Source: Octopus vulgaris (lineage: Eukaryota). From it: 64,000 nt of DNA. Position 1 is the first letter of the stretch, and each line of letters begins with the position of its first letter. The translations under genes were made by a program, and so were the position numbers. Location: positions 70,618,001 to 70,682,000 of the forward strand of contig OX597818.1 of the NCBI GenBank assembly GCA_951406725.2, read 5' to 3'. This document shows, one piece after another, positions 26,701-39,648 of this stretch. Below the pieces are notes generated by a model, which made no database searches, was not told the origin of the DNA, and saw only the letters and a program-made list of their open reading frames with translations.

Positions 26701-28439
26701 CTCTAAATGATTGAATTAACCCCAAATGTCTCAGTTATCTGAATCTCTAATAAATCCTCAACTTCTTGAAGAACCAGTTACTTTGTAGTACAGTCATATT
26801 AGAACTAATTCTAACGATTGAATCGTAATGTCAGAGACATTTTGAACATCTCTGTAAAGTTAACTGTTTGGTCTCTGAAGTGCCAGTTACCAAATTTGAT
26901 CAGTTAAACTATTTTAATCCTCTTTCTTACTTTTTATTCCCAAAAGCTAAACAAAACCACCGACAGGCAAGCGGCTGTTACATCAAGTCTCTGCTCTGTT
27001 CTGCTTTATCAATAACATCCAACCAGAGCCAAACTGTTGCTTCCCACATTCTCTTATGAAGTTCTCTTATAGATTTCTAGTTATTTATTGAGGTCTTTGA
27101 AATTTTCTGTTTTTTCTCATCTCACTGTCATCATCATTGCTACTGTTGTTGTCATCGTATGTGTCCTTGTTGTTGTTGTTGTTGATGTTTCTCAGATCAA
27201 TTCTGATCCAATCAATACCGTGATCAAAGCCATAGCATCTGCGACTATTTTTTACTTTGGTTATAGTCTGCCTAGAACAACATTAGGTTATATTATTGTA
27301 GACTCTACTCCTTGGAGGTGCTTCATCTTGCACCAGCTTCACTCACACTCACATTTACTTGAGTCGCTCATCTCTCCTCCTCTTGTCACCAGTAGCCACA
27401 GAGTCTGGGTAGTCTGTGAGGACCAGCTTATCTCTTGTTCTGTCTCCACCACAATCATTCATACAAACATCAGGGCAGGTTCTCTTCAATCTTTGCACGT
27501 CCCCTGCTTTCTCTACTCCCATCTCTCCCATCTCCTACTTTATACTCAACCAAATTACAATCTTGATGCAACTGACTTTATAACTCTCTCAACTTTTTCT
27601 CTCCTTATTTTGTGGTTTTTATATTTCCTGAACACTCTCCCTAAGGTCTGAATGGTTTCCCTAGGTAACAGAAGATAACCATTCCTGTACTCCTGTATTC
27701 TGCTAAACAACAACAGTAACTTCATCCTTCTTCCCATCATCAACATTTTCAACACACCCAACCTAGACTAGACCAATCAGCAAGTGACCCTTGCCCTTAC
27801 TTCATTTGTCTTTGGGTCTTTCACTCTGTATTCAGTCCCTGTTTTAAGATCCATTCTTCCCAAGAAATATTTCAAACCTGCTCCCTTCCTTCTTGGCCAA
27901 ACAAAACCCTTTCCAAATATTTTCTGTTGAAGTTTAGTGCTGTCAATTAATAAAAATATTGTTGTTAATCTTAGGGAGACGAGAGAGGGTGGGAGTTTAT
28001 TACATGGAAGAAGGACAGGACTTGGCATCCAAATCTATAGAATGGCTGATAGCAACCTCCTCTCCTGCCACTGTAACTACTTCATCCCCAACAACCAGAA
28101 CAACTACTAATACTATCATGACGACGACAATCACCACCATCCCCTTCACCACTACCACCACCATCACCACCACCAACATCACTTCTCCCACCCACCCCAT
28201 ACACTAACATCAAAAGAAAATTAAACAAGAATTTAAAAATGGAAATAATATTTTTTTGTTTTTTGTTTTAAGAATCAATCGTCACCCATAAAAAAAGTCT
28301 GTTTTAGTAACATGTACCATGCTTTCACCAACTGTTTTAGGTACTGGTGTAATCATCAGCAGATATATACTTCCTCTTGGCCCCTTCCAAACTTTAACCC
28401 AACACTGCATCCAGGACATAAGAGTTAGAAAAAGAAACT

Positions 28440-28590
28440 CAACCACTACTTGTTTTTTCAGTTGAGTAGACAGGTGTGGCATGAAATAAAATGCCTTGCT
28501 CAAGGACCCAAAGCACCACCCAGTTCAGGAATTGAACCTGTGACATTATGATCATGAACCAAGCACTCTAACCACCAGGATGTGTGTCTT
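28440..28590 (-). mobile_element. tRNA-derived CORE-like SINE (third type)
   Basis: Minus strand has GGTGGTTAGAG (A-box-like), GGTTCAATTCC (B box) and GTCCTTGAGCAAGGCA. Confidence 0.55.
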
Positions 28591-28814
28591 CCTGATGATA
28601 ACAATGATGATGATGACAACGATAATCCTGATGATTTCTTATATTTGCAACAAGGGCATCAGACAAGGGGGACATTAAAAGAAGATTTTGCTATTTGTGT
28701 GGGTATTTACATGAAAAGATGAGATAAAGAACAAAAGATGGAGGTGAAGCTGAAAAGAATGCGAAATATGTGGACACAGGAATGATGCTGTCCTGATAAC
28801 GGACAGCTGCTAAA

Positions 28815-29035
28815 TAATCTTTTCCACAAAAGGTACCAGGCCTGAAATTTGTGGGGAAGGGACCAGCTGATTACATCAACCCAGTGCTCAACTCGTCCTT
28901 TATTTTATCAACTCCAAAAGGATGAAAGGCAAAGTCAGCCTCAGCAGAATTTAAACTCAGACGTATAAACACCTGGAAGAAATGTCCCTAAGCATTTTGT
29001 CTAATGTACCAACAATTATGCCTGCTAACTGCCTT
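28815..29035 (-). mobile_element. Family A (Nin-like) SINE; others at about 15295-15455(+), 30537-30665(-), 30690-30860(-), 41860-42005(+), 59265-59345(+)
   Basis: AAAAGGATGAAAGGCAAAGTC...GAATTTAAACTCAG, alignable to 1741-1976. Confidence 0.7.
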
Positions 29036-29082
29036 ATACATACTACTACTACTACTAATAATAATAATAATGATAATAATAT

Positions 29083-30513
29083 ATGATATTAAGATAGAGT
29101 TTGGACAGTCAAAATGTGCTACGATGGTGATGAGACGAGGAAAGCTTGCCAGGACAGAAGGCATTTGGCTGCCAAGTGGTGAAATGATGAAGGCAATTCA
29201 ACCCCTATCAAGCTATAAATACCTGGGAATACTTGAGGCAGATGGAATCAAAGACAATGACATGAAGGAAAAGACAAAAAGAGAGTACCTGTGGTGAGTG
29301 AGAAAAGTACCAGCTTCAAAGCTGAATACTAGAAAACCAGAAACATAATTTCAGCAATAAACTCATGCGCAGTCACAGTAGTTCGATATGGCACTGGAAT
29401 CCTGAAGTGGACAAAGGAGGACCTAAAGGAGATGGACAGGAAGTCAAAAAATCTCCGTACGGTGCATTGAGCCCATTTTCCATATGAAGGCACTGATTGC
29501 CTGTACATGAAGGGAGCAAATGGAGGAAGGGGACTGATAAGTGTGGAAGACTGCATGTGTAACATACTCAAGAGCTGAAGGAGATTCCTAGCCCAAAGTA
29601 AGGAAACCCTCCTTGTGACAGTTAGGAATGTTGGAGTATTGGAAGCAGAGAAAAAAGGGGAAAACAAAGGAAGAAATAGAAAAAGGAGATGAAGAAGAAT
29701 TATGCAACAACAGAAGTTGCTGGAAAAAATAGATGGAATTGGCTGAAGAAAGGAACCCTAAAAGAAGAAACTGAAAGCACAATACTGGCAGCACAGGACC
29801 AAACTTTGGCCATGAACTGGAGGGTCAACCTTAGGAATGAGCAAGTGTCTCTGCTGTGCTGCATCTGTAATAGAGTGGATGAAACCATTGTCCATATCAC
29901 GAACAAATGCCCTAGACTTGCCCAAAACCACTACAAGTTGTGACAACACCACTAGGTAGTGAAAGTGCTATACTGGAAACTGTGCAAAACGTGGGGGCTA
30001 GAGAGAGGTAAGATGTGGTATGAGCACCAACCACAGAGAGTGGTGGAGTCAGACACTAGCAAAATTCTCTGGGATTTCCCAATCCAAACAGATCAGGTAC
30101 TAGAGCATTATAGACCAGACCTAGTGGTGGTGGTCTACAAGGTGCACCATATACGTTATATAGTTGATGTTGCATGCCCCTTTCACCTACGAATAGTCAA
30201 AAATGAAGATGAAAAGATAGCTAGATACAACCCTCTTAAGTACGAAATAGCCTGGCTATGGAAGATGTAGAAGGTGAAGATAGTGCCAATTATCATTGGG
30301 TCCTTGGGAACAGTTTCCGAGGGCATCAAGGAGAATATAAAGGAAATTGGAATAGAGTGTCCAGTAGGACTGTTACAAAAGGTTTGCCTCCTTAGCATGG
30401 CAAGAATAATCAGGAAAGTATTATATAGCTGAAAAGAACAACTAGCATGGTACTGTAGGCTGCAGGTAGTAAGCCAGCTATGCATGCTCCAATAAAACCT
30501 GTGATAAGGAGAA
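29083..30513 (+). mobile_element. R4/Dong-type LINE, 5'-truncated (RT end, CCHC knuckle, restriction-like endonuclease), decayed
   Basis: DIKIEFGQSKCA, YKYLGILEAD, ETESTILAAQDQ, CCICNRVDETIVHITNKC, ILWDFPIQTD...YRPDLVVV...IVDVACP; (TAA)n on both flanks. Confidence 0.92.
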
Positions 30514-31524
30514 AATAATAATAATAATAATAATAATCCTTTTTATGATAGGCATAAGGTCTGAAATTTGCAGAGATGTGGTAAGTCAATTACATCGACC
30601 CCAGTGCATAAGTCGTACTTTTTTAATCAACCCCCAAAAGGATGAAAGGCAAAGTCAACCTCAGCAAAAGAGACATAATAGTACTAATGATGGTTTCTAA
30701 TGTAGGCACAAGGCCAGCAATTTTTAGGGAGTGAGTGCAGTGGATACCATCCAGTCCCCTGCTTGACTGGTACTTTATTGATAAATCAAGCCAGAAAAGA
30801 TGAAGGACAAAGCTAACCTTAACAGGATTTGACTCTGAATGCAAGAAGAGCTGGTCGAAGTACTGTAAAGTGGTTTTACAGATGTTTTGAATACCAAAGA
30901 AAACGGTACCCCGCCCCCATCGCTGCCTGCACATTGGAGACAGGTTTAGTCACTGGTGACCCAAATAATAATAATAATACTGACTGCAGAAATTATTCTA
31001 AACCGGTGAAATCCAGTTGTAGCAGAGACTTTTGAAAATTGTCCATAATCTACAATCTGAAAGTCTCCCTGGAGAAAGAACACATAAAGCCATTCCAAGG
31101 CCACCATTTTCAGTATCCTCTTTGACCAACAATTTATAGAATATGCTGGTTGAATTTCCACCGACCCCATTATCCAGCTGGTAGAGTGCAGTGAGTGCCT
31201 GGAAACATTTCATAATGAGAGCAGCAGCAACAACATGAACAACAACAACAGAAAGCCACATCACCTCCATAACTCTTGCCAAATTATTGGTTGACATTAA
31301 ATCTTGCTGAAACTATTGATTTCTGTGAGTCTGAAACACTTTCATAATGTTCCACTCCAAAACTGGATAAATGAAAATTGATTTTGTTTTGGAAAATATA
31401 AAATTGTCACGAGAAACAATCGGAACTGAGTTACATCAACAATATACGGTTTTTTTTACCTTCCTTTTTTTTTTTTGTAAATATTCTTAATTTTTATTTT
31501 TATGAAAACAAATAATTGCAATTA

Positions 31525-32025
31525 TATCATCATGGCCATCACCACCACCATCACAATTAGGATCATCATCATCATCATCATTCCTACTACCATCATCAGC
31601 ACCTTTTGCATCACTGCCACCACCACCACCACCACCACCACCACCATCCTCCTCATCATCATCATCATCATCATCATCCCCCCCATTTTGACCAGCAGCA
31701 CCACAACAGTCATCACCATTCCCAGCATCACCACCACCATCATAACAATCATCATCATCATCATAGTCATCATTATTGTTATCATCATTCACCACCGCTA
31801 CCACCATTATTGTTGCTATGGTTGTCACTATGGCAATCTCACTTCAACATCCTTTCCAGCATCAATTTATTATTTACCACAAGTTTTTAAAGGAGTCATT
31901 ATTATTATTATTATCATCATTATTAGGTATTATTATTATATCTACTACAACTACTACTGCCACTAACATTAACACTGCTACTAACACCACTACTTTTACA
32001 ACTCATGCTTTCCATCATCATCACA
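31525..32025. repeat. Compound CAT/CAC/TAT trinucleotide low-complexity tract
   Basis: Read directly; source of poly-H/I/D pseudo-ORFs. Confidence 0.9.
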
Positions 32026-32089
32026 AATAGTCAGTTTTGCGTGGGGGGAGGGGATCCCCCCTGCCTTTCATCCTCAGAGAGTTCCTTAA

Positions 32090-32272
32090 CCCCTTAGCAT
32101 CCAGATTTCTTTTTCAAATGCGAGACTTATTGATTCCCATTTCTTTGAATCAGGAATCAGTGATGCCTAACTGTGTAGCTTTGCCATTCCAATGATGTGA
32201 TTGTTTATTTCTCAAATAATATTGTAAGGTAAGTGTGAGAGGCAGGATCTGACCAGTTTAAATGCTAAAGGG
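32090..32272 (+). mobile_element. TTAA-type MITE, family 2, inserted in a family A SINE; relative at about 46579-46815
   Basis: TTAA|CCCCTTAGCAT ... ATGCTAAAGGG|ATAA; SINE motif GCCTTTCATCCT on the left and TAAGTACCAG on the right. Confidence 0.7.
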
Positions 32273-32593
32273 ATAAGCTAAGTACCAGTCATATTCTAGG
32301 CTCAATGTAATAGAATGCACCCGCCATTGTGTTCCCATCAGAAATTAACTTTGGTCTCATTGCAAGCAGGGAACTGTGCCATAATCATCCTCGACTCTCA
32401 AACACTGAGAATGACTGATTACAAGCAAAGACTGAAGTTTGGCAGAATTTGGGAAAGTACTTCTTCGTATTTGGTTACCTTCCTTTCCACTCTACTGTCG
32501 AATTCCTCCAAAGTTGCCATCAACTTCCATCTTTTGGGGTTGGTAAAGTTGGGAACAATCACGCATGGGGTAATATAAATGTGTATGTGCTTA

Positions 32594-32638
<45 letters not shown>

Positions 32639-32798
32639 TTGGTGTTTTATGTCCTCCATAACTTAGCAGTTCAGCAAAAGAGATTGATAGAATAAATACT
32701 AGACTTACAAAGAATAAGTCCTAGGTTTGATTTCTGCAACTAAAATCCTTCAGGACAGTGCTCCAGCATGGCTGTAGTCAAATGACTGAAACCAGTAA

Positions 32799-32968
32799 GG
32801 TGCAGGCATGGCTGTGTGGTAAGAAGCTTACTTCCTAACCACATGGTTCTGAGTTCAGTCCCAATGCATGGCACCTTGAGCAAGTGTCTTCTACTATAGC
32901 CTCAGGCAGACCAATGCCTTATGAACAGATTTGGTAGACGGAAACTGAAAGTAGCCAATTGTATATAT

Positions 32969-33001
<33 letters not shown>

Positions 33002-33470
33002 TGAGGGAATTTTATTCCAAACTTACAGGGAAAAATTCAGTTTAGAAATACTAAATCAAATTTCACAAAATATAATATATATATATAAATTAGAAAAAAA
33101 AACCACCTTTTATCAATAAAAAAATTAAATTATACCATTTAGAAAAATTACATCTTATAGAAAGATTGAATATAAGATAAAACATATAACAATGATTAAG
33201 TAATGTGCAAAAAAGTATATAAAACGTATATATACATATATGTGTATATATTTATGTGTGTCTTTGTGTCTGTGTTTGTCCTCCACCATCATCACTTGAT
33301 GATGTTGGTGTGTTTATGTCCCTGTAACTTAGCAGTTCAGCAGAAGAGAATGATAAAATAAGCACCAGGCTTACAAAGAAGAAGTCCAGGTGCCAATTTC
33401 TCCGACTAAAAGACGGTGCTCCAGCATTGCCATAACCAAATGACTGAAACAAGTAAAAGAGTAAAAGAAT
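32799..33470 (+). mobile_element. tRNA-derived CORE-like SINE (family B): head 32799-32962, interrupted, tail about 33255-33470
   Basis: TGGCTGTGTGGTAAG (A box), GAGTTCAGTCC (B box), CACCTTGAGCAAGTGTCTT (CORE-like); other pieces at about 7138-7240(-), 21437-21555(+), 22165-22315(+), 32635-32798(+), 51008-51106(-), 59440-59595(-), 61107-61262(+), 63745-63803(+). Confidence 0.78.
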
Positions 33471-33471
33471 T

Positions 33472-33527
<56 letters not shown>

Positions 33528-33546
33528 AGTTCATCAAAATTTAGAT

Positions 33547-33651
33547 TCAGATGAATATGGTACTTAAGTTAAAGGCACCAGAATTTAGTATGGTATTATC
33601 CATATAATTCAAAATGGGGTGATTACAATCAAAATGTTGCCTATTTTGATT
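33547..33651. mobile_element. Collapsed copy of the 50.5-kb foldback element
   Basis: Matches 50494-50586, followed by mini-hairpin AATCAAAAT-GTTGCCT-ATTTTGATT; in (TA)n. Confidence 0.75.
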
Positions 33652-33669
33652 ATATATATATATATAATT

Positions 33670-34351
33670 TGGGCTGTACCTCAATGTTAAGAAAACGATC
33701 ATGTCAACATCAGCCACAACAAACATCAGCATCAAGATCGATAATGAAGAGATCAAAGTGGTTGATGATTTCATCTTCCTTGGCTCCAAAATAAATTGAG
33801 ATGGTGACTGCACTCCAGAAATAAGACGGCGGATAGTACTAGGCAGAGAGGCAATGGTCAGCATGAGCAGGGTCTGGAAGAGTAGAGACATCAGACTTGC
33901 TACTAAATGCAGATTGGTGAATGCAATTGTCTTCCCAATAGCAACATATGGATGCGAGACCTGGACACTAAAGAAAGCTGAACAGAAGAGAATTAATGCA
34001 TTCGAGCTTTGGTGTTGGAGAAGACTTTTACGGATTCCATGGACAGCAAGGCTCACCAATGGAGAAGTTCTTAAGCAGATCAAGCCGAAACTGTCGCTAG
34101 AAGCTAGGATCACCAAGCATAGATTGGCATATTTCGGTCATATTATGCGGAGAGAATCCCTGGAGAAGGACATCATGCTCGGAATGGTCAGTGGCAAGAG
34201 AGGAAGAGGCCGACCAAGAACCCGCTGGCTTGAAACCATTAAGAGTGATACCGGAATGGACATAGCCAATCTGAAAGAAGCGGCCCAGAATAGAACTGAT
34301 CCAACGAGTGACCGAGAGTCGACTTCAACTGAATGGTTAGAAGAAGAAGAA
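33670..34351 (+). mobile_element. RTE LINE, BovB-like, 5'-truncated, (GAA)n tail
   Basis: GLYLNVKKT, FIFLGSKI, YGCETWTLKKAEQKRINAFELWCWRRLLRIPWTAR, YFGHIMRR, GKRGRGRPRTRW. Confidence 0.92.
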
Positions 34352-36306
34352 TATATATATATAGGATCATCATCCTTTTTAACTTCCATTTTCCCATGCT
34401 TGCATGGAATCAGACAAAACCACATTGAAGCAGATATTTGTACATGTGGACACCCCTTCTAGCGCCAACCCTAATTTGTTTCCAGCCCCACCCTTACTCG
34501 CCAACTGAATAATAAACAACTTGGACATAGTTGTGTGGAGAACAAGACAACAAATGACACTGTTTGAATGAGCTTCCCATTTACAATTGGTGAACACCCA
34601 TGAGAATAAGGGTGGGGGGGAAGGAATTCCCAACCCACAAACACACTCATGTATACAACCAGCCATACGTGTGTGTGTGTGTCTCTGTGTGTCACTACGT
34701 GTGTGTTTGTATACATACACACACACACAGTGGCACACATACATACATACATGCATATGGGTGTATAGATGTATATGTGTGTGAGTGTGTATGTGTTGTT
34801 ATATTTTGGGGGTCCTCCTGCCTTATAAATTCATCCACCAATAAGGGTTCACTTCAAGATTTGGTTTCATAATCTTTGTAACGGTCACATTTTCAGACAT
34901 TTTTTCATCACAGATTTTTCTCCTGTCCCCAAATCCTTTTCAATTTCCAGCTGATTTTCTCATCAAGTCTCATCCCTATCTTTAGCCATGTTAACGTGTA
35001 CTGTTTATTGTTTGTTTTCATTGTATTTTTATTTGTTTTATTTAGTCATTATTTGTTTTAATTGTTGCCAATATCAACCTGTGTTGTGCAATGCAAATCC
35101 TGCTATCCCCTACAGTGATCGACTAATTTTTGACTGCTTAATATAGCATATTCTATACTATTGATCAAAGAAGAAATTAGGGTAACCCTCTCTGAAGTCA
35201 AGAAACCATAAAAACTGTCAAGTGACTCTCTCATACTTTTTCCACACATCAGTAGTACAGAAAGAATGTGTTTACATTCTTATTTAACCCACAGTGAGGC
35301 ATTCATTTTAGAATTCATTTCAGTTCTGATTTATACAATGCTCTGCATAGAATATATATTGTTTAATGAATGATGAACATTCAAAAGCACAAATATTCAA
35401 ATTTAAGTTCTCTACTACAATGGTAGCATAAATTGTGACCCCTTTGCATTATATATAAGATGAATATTGTATGTTATTGCATGGAGAAAGAAACTGGGTA
35501 TCTTTTCCCTGGGGAACAATCAACAAACTGTGAAATGGTCCACCAGGGGCTTCTCTTTCTCACTTTTCTATATATGTATATATACACACATATATACATA
35601 TATATAAACACACATGCTCACACAAACACATATATTTATATATATGGTATAAGTCAGAAAAATTATTCATTTAAGAGGGGACAGGCCTCAACATGGCTGC
35701 AATGTAAAGGGTTAAAATCTGCAAAAGAATGACATAAAGCACTTAATAAATGGTCACCTGCTCAATACCTGCATCATCACCATCACCAGCATTATCGCCT
35801 CCACCATCACCATCATGAATGTCTCTTACTCAGTATTAGACCCTGTAGAACACAAGACATTCCATGTTAAAATAATGGTGTTTGATACTGGACCCAGGGA
35901 TTTTCTGTTGATAAACATTTTACAGAAACCACAAAATCCCTCATCAGGATCCAACTTTGTTTTCACAATCCACATTTTTAATACGTAAATTCTAAATTAA
36001 ACTTGCATTTAATTTTTTTTTTTTTTGATTTCCGTTTTATTTGTTTATTTATTCATTTACTTATTTATATTGTTCAATTTAAAAGACTAAAGGATCACAT
36101 TGATAAAATCAGTGGACCCAGATGAGGAATTCCTAATTCTTCTCACAGAAATGTTTCTATCAAGGTCATTTAACAATGTTACAAAGATTAATGTGTGGAT
36201 GATTTCCATCAAAAAGTTAAGCACCATCGCAGATATGTGTGTGTGCATGTGTGCGTTTGTGTGCGTATGTGTGTGTCTGTGTGTGTGCACATGCACATGT
36301 GTGTGT

Positions 36307-36345
<39 letters not shown>

Positions 36346-37049
36346 ATACAGTATATATCCATATATGTTTTTTAATATGTTGTGTTGTATTTATTAACCG
36401 ATTCCTGCTAATGCCAACCGCCACAAGCCTACTCGTTCTAATGACTATCGTTGCTTCCAATCAATAATTGCTATACAAGTGTATCTGTTATACATATGTT
36501 GAAACATCTAACACCCTAGCTGATACTTCAATTTTCAATATTATATCGATTTATTCTCCCTGGGCAAAACACCAAAAATCTGGATATCTTATTACACACA
36601 GTTTCAATGGATATCGAATGGCAATGCTTTTCTAAATCACAACACCAAAGATTTTGGTGAAACATTGATATTTAGTCAAGTTTTTATCAATCCTCATCAG
36701 AAAAAACTTAAAATCAATCCCAGTAAGATATATCCTTGAGTAAAATATAAAGCACAATGGTTGGACAGCGAACATACTGGATTCGGATCAAGGTTCATGA
36801 GTTCAAATCTTTCTCTCACTCCTAAACTTTTTTTTTTCTATGTTTGAAATTTGTCAGTTTTGGTGACACATGGAAATGAAATACAGACTGGCTTGATGAT
36901 GAAATTGAACTAACAATATGTGACAATGAAAAAGCTACAGGAAACTAAACACAAACAATACACATTTCTTCTGAATCATGACAGGCTTAAATCCAGTCAC
37001 AGATTACTGTGGTTAAATACCCATAACTTATGCAGTGAAGTCCAGTATT

Positions 37050-37580
37050 GACTGAAGTCATGTTATAGTCACAGAAAACCTGGGAACACATATTCTCTAC
37101 ACTGCAATGGTGTTTCTAGCTGGCTGCCCCTTGTTTTATAGAAACTGCTCTGAATGTAGCTGTGCTGATGTTCACTGAAACTTTTTAAGAATTCCTTATA
37201 ATGATTTGAACCAGTTGCCACAACTATTCATGGTTGTTTCACACATCCCGACCAAACAACCATCAAAGTATACAGATTTTTGTTATCCTCAGAACCAAAT
37301 CTCACAAAACAATTTCTGGTGTTTCCAATTACTGGTGATTTCAGCTCACATTGATTGGCAAAACTTTCATTGACTGCAAAATTTGGATAATTTCTTTGGT
37401 TTAATTGCTGGATTTGAACTGGTCATCTTCCCTACAAGAGGTATCAACATGTTGGATTTGCTATTTACCACTAGTCCTAAATTTGTTGCTGCTAAGCAGA
37501 CTTTAGGTATCTCTGGTGACATGAAGACAATTACCAATCTTGCTCTTGTGGGCAGAGCGAATAGTCAACCTATCACCTGA
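37050..37580 (+). mobile_element. Ancient CR1/L2-type AP-endonuclease remnant
   Basis: ITGDF...IDW near 37330 and FPTRGINMLDLLFTT (PTRGxNxLDL motif). Confidence 0.55.
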
Positions 37581-38463
37581 CTGTTTACTTCAGCTGGAGC
37601 AAAACTTACTGGAATTCTTATTATACTGAATTTCAATGCTCAAAATTATTTGAGTTTTGTGATTTCAAGTTACAAGATACCATTCTTCAGAGCCTTCTGG
37701 AATCTATCTCGACTGTGTACCAAACATCAGTTTCTTGTACAGAGGCTAAAAACCCCAAAAATACAATTAAGATGATGGCAAACAATCCTGCTCACGAAGA
37801 AAGAATGAGACAATACCGAATGCTAATAGAGACTATATTGAAGAAATGGTAATAGAAGAGAGTGTATTGGCACATCCATTTGTCGAGGATATTAAATGCA
37901 CAGTTCTTCAATATTAACAACACTGGAAAGAATTAAGATGGCAGCAGATGCCTGTGATTGATTACTTAACTTATTCTGACTGAATTATTCTACTTCTTTC
38001 TCACATTTGAAAGTTTTCAAATTCAAAATTGGGGGCATTGCACCCCACAATAGAAGAAAATATTTCTCCATTTTAAAATAAATATTATACATAACCCCTT
38101 GAAATCTGAGAAAAATGGATGGAAATGATGAGTATGAAATAAATTAGTCACTTTCTCCATCTCTTTTCTATGTTCATCCTTTGCATACATTGAGTGGCAC
38201 CACCAGTCTTGACTGGAATAACCTTTTCTGCTTTGAAACATGTTATTCTGTTCTGCCAGATATTCTAAAGGAACATAAAATTATGTTTAGTTTTTTTAAA
38301 TTTATAACATGGAATGTTCGAGACTCTGGATTCAGTGTGTTTCTGTCTGTGACAAGTCTAGAATTTTTAATCATAAGATAGAATCCATGTGACAGGCTTC
38401 TGTACAGTTTCCATCTATCCAATGACACCCATAGTACCTTGCCGTGAAATCTAGCCCAAGATA

Positions 38464-39648
38464 CAGTTCTGTATTTAAGAGATGAGAAATTATATACATT
38501 ATTTACATTTGACAGATATTTGTCCTCATCTTGTTTGTTGCCATCCATAAAGTTCACAATGGAAAAGGAAAAAGACAATCAGCTAGCATTCCTGGACATA
38601 TTAATAACACACACCAAGTATGGATTGGGACATCCGTATACCGTAAGCCAAACTTCACTGGATGATTCCTCAACTTCAATTCCCACCATTCATACAGAGT
38701 AAAGAGAGGGATTGCTCAGTGCCTAAAACGTCGAGCAAAGAATATAAGGAGCAATCGTGATACACACCACAAAGAAATGATCAAGCTCAGTAACAATCTA
38801 TTAAGCAACAACTACCCCAAAAGCATACTATCCACTCCAATTATGAAAAAAAGAGTGGATGAAACCAATAAACTGTTTCACAGTCTGTCTACCCTACGTG
38901 AAAGGCCTCTCCAAAAAGATACAAAAGATATGTGGCCCATAGGATATCAGGACAGTATTCAAAAGTAATACAACACTTCGCAAATATTTCCTTTGAGTAA
39001 AACCACCAATAGAAGAGAATATGACTAAGAACTGCATGTACTCCATCCCATGCAGCTGTGGTAGGTTATACAAAGGGGAAACATGCCACCCCCTCAAAAT
39101 AAGGGTAGATGAACATCACAAAGCTGTGACACGAGGAGATATTGATAAATCGGGTATTGTTGATCATGTATGGAAAAATGGAGACCACCTCCCCCTGTGG
39201 GATGAAGTTAAAATAATAGACAGAGAACACCACTGGAAAATGAGAAAACTAAAAGCATCAGCACATATGCTAGGACTCAACAACCTCCTTAGCAGACCGA
39301 GTGCAGATATGGGCAGCATATGGGAACCGATATTAAGGAAGGATAGGAAAATATTAGGTTTATAAACCCTAAAATTCACTCCATTATTGCCCACGGGCAT
39401 ATTCCATAGTGGTTAAGAGCGTGGGCTGCTAACCCCAAGATTCCAAGTTTGATTCCAGGCAGTGACCTGAAATAATAATAATAATAATAATAATAACATT
39501 GAAAATTACCTTAGGAATGAGAACCCAGGTTTGAAATTTCCCCAAGGAACCTGATGAAGGCCACATATCAGCTGAAACATTGTGTTAACAACAAACAAGA
39601 TGAAGACAAAAATCTGTCAAATGTAAATGACGTAAATAATGTAAATAA
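38464..39648 (+). mobile_element. Penelope-like element, 5'-truncated (RT C-terminus plus GIY-YIG endonuclease), with inverted terminal copy and 9-bp TSD
   Basis: SIKFTMEKEKDNQLAFLDILI; CMYSIPCSCGRLYKGET...RVDEH; 38490-38540 is the reverse complement of about 39588-39648; CCCAAGATA at 38455-38463 and 39649-39657. Confidence 0.92.
39395..39467 (+). pseudogene. Degenerate tRNA-like unit (anticodon loop CT-GCT-AA) inside the Penelope element
   Basis: 73 nt; AGTGGTTAAG D-loop/A box, GGG-CTGCTAA-CCC arm, GTTTGATTCC T-loop/B-box-like, imperfect acceptor stem GGGCAT/GTGACC. Confidence 0.6.

Noticed and set aside
27088-28028. 187-aa hydrophobic ORF and possible old LINE remnant
   Set aside because: Begins in GTT repeats and an old repeat; no diagnostic motif found.
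31487-31966. Poly-Asp/Gly, poly-His and poly-Ile ORFs
   Set aside because: Trinucleotide repeat artefacts.
36750-36822. tRNA-Arg(TCG)-like stretch
   Set aside because: Stems do not pair; at most a decayed SINE head.
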